Positions 59,252 through 64,000 of a stretch of 64,000 bases of DNA are shown here, in pieces; the first letter of the stretch is position 1; every line of letters begins with the position of its first letter. Location of the stretch: assembly GCA_048939995.1 (NCBI GenBank), contig JBHLOY010000002.1, positions 224,001 through 288,000 on the forward strand, given 5' to 3'. The notes beneath the pieces were generated by a model that made no database searches, was not told the DNA's origin, and saw only the letters and a program-made list of their open reading frames with translations. Position numbers and translations under genes: made by a program. The stretch comes from Promethearchaeota archaeon (GTDB taxonomy: Archaea > Asgardarchaeota > Lokiarchaeia > Sigyniarchaeales > SOKP01).

Positions 59252-60946
59252 TTATACCCTGTATACAGGATAAGCGTAAAACCTAGTTAGAGCATTATAC
59301 GGTATCCCATGTAAATCTACTTTATGGATATAAAAGATTTTTGGATGATATCCGAAGCATTGCGGGAATAGTCGATTGGATAAATACCATTGTATATTTT
59401 TATAAATAATGTTCCTCGCAGTATCATCTGTCGTCTGTAAGGCAAGTACCAGCATAGCATTTAATTTAGTATCATTCACTTGAGCAGAGTTAGCATATGA
59501 TGTTGGATTAAATAATTGATCAAGCATAGTAAAGGGATCCTTATAGTCCGGACCCCACCCTACCCAAAAGAGATGCAGTTCGTCCTGGGTTTCAAATAGC
59601 TTTTTAAGATAAGCACTCCAAGTTACTCCATCATCTATTACTTGTATTCCTATTGCCGGAAGCCAAGTTAACAACGCGTCATATATATCTTCTCTGAAAG
59701 AGTTTCCAATATTGTAGGTATAATTCAATGAAATAAGAGGGTTAGATAACCAATAGATATCATTAGGATCAGAGTTTATTGGATATCCTGCAGCAATACC
59801 TGCGCCAACTAAAGTTTGTCTTGCCATGTTTAAATCAAAATTCGCGGCATTAACAGATGCATTGTGAGAATCCCCAAAACTAGGTGATATAGGGGAATTC
59901 GCTCGCACCCCCAAGTTGTTCATTAATTCTTCAATAATGAAAGAGTAATTAATCGCATAGGATATTGCTTTTCTCCATGTGACATTGATTTTTTTATTAT
60001 TCATACCAAGGTAGTAATATATTAATCCAGGAAGATTATAATTGTCAGTAAAATGTTCTACGTGAATTGCGGGATCTTCATCAAAAGTTGAAATTAATGA
60101 AGGTATAAGACTAGTTAGCCAGTCGATTTCATATTTTGGTGGAGTACCACCACAATTACGAGTTGTATAACATCTAATCCAATAAGGATAAGCATATAGA
60201 ATTATTTCTTCGAGGAATGGCGCCCCTTGCCAATAGGATTCAAAACCCCTAAGTTTCACTTCAATATTAGGAACGTAGTATTCATATATAAATGGACCAG
60301 TTCCAATAAGTCTTCCATAAGTACGAGAAATGAAATCATCATCTGGAGTGGATGTGGGAGATAACATTGCGCTAGCTATGTAGCATAAAAGATCTAAGAA
60401 AGGAGCAAAAGGGGCATTTAGAGTGATCGTTACATTATAAGTACCATCAGAAACGACATTATTTATGATAGGAGTCACTCCGTCGGAGAAAAAATATAGT
60501 AAAGAAGGGTCTCCAGGAACCATTGTGTCTGGGAGGATTCCAGTACAATTAGTTAGATATAATAATCTATCTAAGTTCCATTTTGTAGCATTTGCATTAA
60601 AAGGAGTTAAATCATGGAAAAAAATTCCTTCTCTAACCTTTATGTGAAGAATAGTATCAGATTCCCACCAATAACTTTCAGCAAGGAGAGGAACACGTGG
60701 TAAAGCATGATCCGAAAGATCATAAGTAAAAAGTGTTTCAACAACTTGGTCAAATACTCTTAGAGATGCATATTCCAAACAATTTACTGGATCAAGAACA
60801 TAAAGACTTGGATCTGGACCTATCACGAGCCTTTTATTAAGAGGGAGTTCTCCTTGATATGGGGTAGATACAAGTATCACATTTCCTACTCCAGATGCAG
60901 CTAACGCGATAACCAATCCGATAATGATGATATTTTTCTTTTCCAT
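59252..60946 (-). CDS. ABC family-5 substrate-binding protein (array copy 1)
   Basis: Same motif set. Confidence 0.9.
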   Translation of the reverse strand: MEKKNIIIIGLVIALAASGVGNVILVSTPYQGELPLNKRLVIGPDPSLYVLDPVNCLEYASLRVFDQVVETLFTYDLSDHALPRVPLLAESYWWESDTILHIKVREGIFFHDLTPFNANATKWNLDRLLYLTNCTGILPDTMVPGDPSLLYFFSDGVTPIINNVVSDGTYNVTITLNAPFAPFLDLLCYIASAMLSPTSTPDDDFISRTYGRLIGTGPFIYEYYVPNIEVKLRGFESYWQGAPFLEEIILYAYPYWIRCYTTRNCGGTPPKYEIDWLTSLIPSLISTFDEDPAIHVEHFTDNYNLPGLIYYYLGMNNKKINVTWRKAISYAINYSFIIEELMNNLGVRANSPISPSFGDSHNASVNAANFDLNMARQTLVGAGIAAGYPINSDPNDIYWLSNPLISLNYTYNIGNSFREDIYDALLTWLPAIGIQVIDDGVTWSAYLKKLFETQDELHLFWVGWGPDYKDPFTMLDQLFNPTSYANSAQVNDTKLNAMLVLALQTTDDTARNIIYKNIQWYLSNRLFPQCFGYHPKIFYIHKVDLHGIPYNALTRFYAYPVYRV

Positions 60947-61052
60947 TAAAACTCGACAAATAATTTAAGAGCTGGATTTTTAATTTTCCGATTTCAACAT
61001 GGTATTCTATCCTCTGGAAAAATATAAACTTTTTGACAATTTTTTCAAACTG

Positions 61053-62285
61053 TTAACTTTCCAATATTGGTTTTAAAATATGGAAAAATTTTTCAGGAAT
61101 TACCCTATTGAGATAGATTTCAGCACAATTATTAAATTTAGCAAATAGGGAGATTCCCTCGCTTAATCTAGAGATTAAATTGTCGTTTAAATCCGTATAA
61201 ATATAGATTGTAATAAGTTCCAGCTTTTTTTCTTTTCTATGAACTTTAGCATCAATATTGCCTATTAGTTCACAGTTATCTAAGATTGGTAAGAGAAAAA
61301 AACCCAATTCTCGTTTATTCTTCGGAACATAAGCTTCAAATTTATAATCAAAGTTCCAAATTTTTTTTGGATAATATCGATCTCTTATTAGGTTATCAAA
61401 AGGGCTTAATAGCTTTACAGGAGAATTCTCTGCTACTTTAGCTGGAGTTTTGGATAACTTATTATAATCTGTTTCAGTAAGGTAAAATTTATCCTTAATA
61501 GTTTCAATATTTATAGGAATTAAAGCTCCTTCGCTAATAGATTCTTCTAAAAATTTAGTTAGCTTTTGTTTATCATTATTCCATATAACTTTTGGGAAGA
61601 TAGTACCTAAATAATTCCAAATGTCATCAACGCTGGCAAGACCTAAAGCACGCAACACGATTTCAAGCATATGATGAGGTAATTCATCCCTTTCCGTAGG
61701 TTCTGAACTGATATTAGGAGGTAAGACTCTTTCTGGTATATCATAATAGCGTTGAAACCCTTTTCTATGAGACACAAGTAATTTTCCTGTATGAAATAAA
61801 TATTTTAGAGCGATATTCTCTGCTTTTAATTCCCACCAACCTTCTCTCTTTACTTTAGTTGCATTTTTGAAATCAGCGCTACAAGTTGGACCAGATTTCT
61901 TAACATGATTAAAAACGCGATCAATGATCGACTTATTTTCTGGTAACCAATTTTTTGTCCAATTTCCTGGATTTTTGCTCATATAATTTATTATCCAAGT
62001 ATAAAAAGGATATTCTTCAATGGGTAAAAAGCATAAGACGTGAGAAAAATATTCAAAAATTTTCTTTTGTTTTTCATATTTCCACACATCTTTTTCTTTG
62101 TAGTTCAGTACACGATTGAATAAGGTAAGATCATGAGCTCGTGTTACAACTGAAATTGTATCAATTTGCACATTATGGATTTTTTTTATAACCTTAAGTA
62201 TGTTATCTGTTGGATGATCGGTTCTGAGGTATTGGTTATCTAAAATAAATCTTCTTACTTGATTAATACTAACTTTTTCAGTCAT
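61053..62285 (-). CDS. ycaQ: YcaQ/AlkZ-family (HTH_42) interstrand-crosslink DNA glycosylase
   Basis: VQIDTISVV (QxD motif), RYYDIPERVLP, LLSPFDNLI.DR, YKFEAYVPK.KR..G. Confidence 0.82.
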   Translation of the reverse strand: MTEKVSINQVRRFILDNQYLRTDHPTDNILKVIKKIHNVQIDTISVVTRAHDLTLFNRVLNYKEKDVWKYEKQKKIFEYFSHVLCFLPIEEYPFYTWIINYMSKNPGNWTKNWLPENKSIIDRVFNHVKKSGPTCSADFKNATKVKREGWWELKAENIALKYLFHTGKLLVSHRKGFQRYYDIPERVLPPNISSEPTERDELPHHMLEIVLRALGLASVDDIWNYLGTIFPKVIWNNDKQKLTKFLEESISEGALIPINIETIKDKFYLTETDYNKLSKTPAKVAENSPVKLLSPFDNLIRDRYYPKKIWNFDYKFEAYVPKNKRELGFFLLPILDNCELIGNIDAKVHRKEKKLELITIYIYTDLNDNLISRLSEGISLFAKFNNCAEIYLNRVIPEKFFHILKPILES

Positions 62286-62310
62286 ATCTCTTCAAATGTT
62301 AAAAGGAAGT

Positions 62311-63663
62311 TTATTTTCGACCAATTGCTCTGAATGGTAAAGCTTTATTAAATGTTTCAAAATCATAAAGTCTTCTGCCATCAATTAAATTCGGAATCTT
62401 CATATAGTTTTTAAAATCATCGGGAGTCAGTTTTTCAAACTCTTTCCATTCAGTTATTAATAAAGCACAATCAGAATCTTTCAGTGCTTCCTCAATTGAA
62501 GGAGCATAATATGTAATCTTTTCACCCATTTCAATTTTAGCAGTTTCATTAGCTTTTGGATCATATCCCACGATCTCTTTAACATTTCTCTTATGTAATT
62601 CATTTATAACTCTTATACTAGCCGCTTCCCTCATATCATCCGTCCCAGGTTTAAAAGCAAGACCCAATAGTGTTAATCTTTTCCCTTCCAAGTTTCCTAA
62701 TAATTCTTGAGCTAAATCTACTATATGGATTGCTTGATCGTCATTTATATCCAAAACAGCTCCTAAAAGTCTCGAACTATATCCCTTTGATTTTGACCAT
62801 GCTTTGATGGCATTAACATCCTTATGAAAACATGATCCTCCAAATCCGGCTCCCGCTCGTAAATATCTTGAGTTTATGCGATAATCAAGTCCAACTCCCT
62901 TCATTACTAGATTTACATCCACGTTAGGGACTAATTCCGCAAAGTTGGCAAACTCATTAGCATAACTGATTTTAGTTGCTAACAGACAGTTATTACCGTA
63001 TTTAACTAACTCAGCACTTTCAATATTCATTCTTAATATAGGGCAGTTTTGTAGATGTTCACCATAGAAGTATTGATAGAATTCTTGAAGCATATTACCA
63101 CTTCTTTCATCATACTCACCTATTACAATTCTATCGGGATGTAAAGTATCTTCAATTGAACGACCTTCAGCTAGAAACTCAGGTTGCATAATTAAACCTA
63201 CATCTTTGCCGATTTCTTTACCGGAAACTTGAGTAATTATTTTTCCAACTAGATTACGAGTAGTTCCGGGCACAACTGTTGACCTAACGACCACTAAGTG
63301 ATATTTATCTTTTTGTTTTAAAGCTTGACCTATTTCTTTAGCTGTGCTTTCTATAAAGCTTAAATCAATACTCTTATCTTCTCTCATTGGGGTTCCTTGG
63401 GTTATCATTGAAATATCTGATTCGATAATTGCTTTAATTGGATCAGTTAAGCATTTGAGCATTTCAGGCTTCTTTTTCTTGATATTGTCCATCATCTCTT
63501 GTAATCTGGCTTCATAGAAGGGCGCTTTTCCTTCATTTATTATAGCAGACTTTCTTTCATTATGAGTTGAAGCTAATACCTTTATATCTTTATCCGCAAA
63601 ACATACAGCAGAACACAAACCAATAAAACCAGTTCCTAAAATTGATACTTTGTATTTAAACAT
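62311..63663 (-). CDS. UDP-glucose/GDP-mannose dehydrogenase family protein
   Basis: GTGFIGL, STVVPGTT, PEFLAEG, GFGGSCFHKD, GLAFKPGTDDMRE, DGRR. Confidence 0.93.
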   Translation of the reverse strand: MFKYKVSILGTGFIGLCSAVCFADKDIKVLASTHNERKSAIINEGKAPFYEARLQEMMDNIKKKKPEMLKCLTDPIKAIIESDISMITQGTPMREDKSIDLSFIESTAKEIGQALKQKDKYHLVVVRSTVVPGTTRNLVGKIITQVSGKEIGKDVGLIMQPEFLAEGRSIEDTLHPDRIVIGEYDERSGNMLQEFYQYFYGEHLQNCPILRMNIESAELVKYGNNCLLATKISYANEFANFAELVPNVDVNLVMKGVGLDYRINSRYLRAGAGFGGSCFHKDVNAIKAWSKSKGYSSRLLGAVLDINDDQAIHIVDLAQELLGNLEGKRLTLLGLAFKPGTDDMREAASIRVINELHKRNVKEIVGYDPKANETAKIEMGEKITYYAPSIEEALKDSDCALLITEWKEFEKLTPDDFKNYMKIPNLIDGRRLYDFETFNKALPFRAIGRK

Positions 63664-63845
63664 TTTATGGACGCCAATTATTATTCATTCTTGTTTCTAA
63701 GTATAGTTTATGATATCTGAAATTCTAATTAAAGATTTTGATGTTAATCAAATAAATTTAAAATAAGATGAATCTAGTATTACATTTATGGTTTCTTTTC
63801 GAAATATTTCAAAATGTACTAAAATGATGAAGGTAAATAAGAACT

Positions 63846-64000
63846 ATGAAAGAATTAAGAAAAAAACTAAGAATTCCAGATAAGGCTTTAAAAACGGTTA
63901 ATGAATTCATTTTAGATGAAAATAATCCATTAATTAACGATCTTTTCGAGTTATTGGATAAATATGGTGGGATAGAGGAGATTAATAGAAAAGCGAAAGA
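63846..64000 (+). CDS. 5' part of a hypothetical protein truncated by the window end
   Basis: MKELRKKLRIPDKALKTVNEFILDENNPLINDLFELLDKYGGIEEINRKAK..., open to the end. Confidence 0.65.
   Translation, partial: MKELRKKLRIPDKALKTVNEFILDENNPLINDLFELLDKYGGIEEINRKAK

Noticed and set aside
51173-60946. Diversity-generating retroelement driving SBP variation
   Set aside because: No reverse transcriptase and no template/variable repeat pair with adenine-specific differences was seen

Overview
AT-rich, gene-dense archaeal chromosome segment. Gene content (eukaryote-like ubiquitin machinery, a Ras-like GTPase, Fwd/Hdr, expanded family-5 solute-binding proteins) is most consistent with an Asgard archaeon (Lokiarchaeia/Promethearchaeia-like); this is inference. 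No rRNA, tRNA, CRISPR array or transposase was recognised. Main blocks: (1) 1-12.6 kb: a ubiquitin-conjugation locus with a ~7TM protein ending in a C4C4 RING-like finger, a degenerate GTPase, JAMM protease, E1, E2, a convergent pro-ubiquitin ending GG-LFFNS, and a tandem winged-helix regulator. An ungapped 41-bp motif (TTCGAA-N13-TTCGAA dyad plus TCTAAAAAT) precedes ubiquitin, the RING-like gene and two paralogous secreted proteins, suggesting a regulon. (2) 13-27 kb: six genes encoding eight [2TM + left-handed beta-helix] modules in three classes (A/B/C), fused or split, around a free-standing adenylate-forming enzyme, resembling a split Pls/PosA-type terminal domain. The block also hides a peroxiredoxin-like gene with an in-frame TGA at the catalytic position (probable selenoprotein), which the ORF track missed. 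(3) 27-51 kb: class II RNR with ATP cone, tRNA methylthiotransferase, hdrB, fwdG/F/D/B/C-fdhD without fwdA, a radical SAM/SPASM-methyltransferase cluster and a 2-oxoacid:ferredoxin oxidoreductase. (4) 51-64 kb: five tandem orphan ABC family-5 binding proteins, a YcaQ-like glycosylase and a UDP-sugar dehydrogenase. All family assignments are by motif recognition only; no database search was run.
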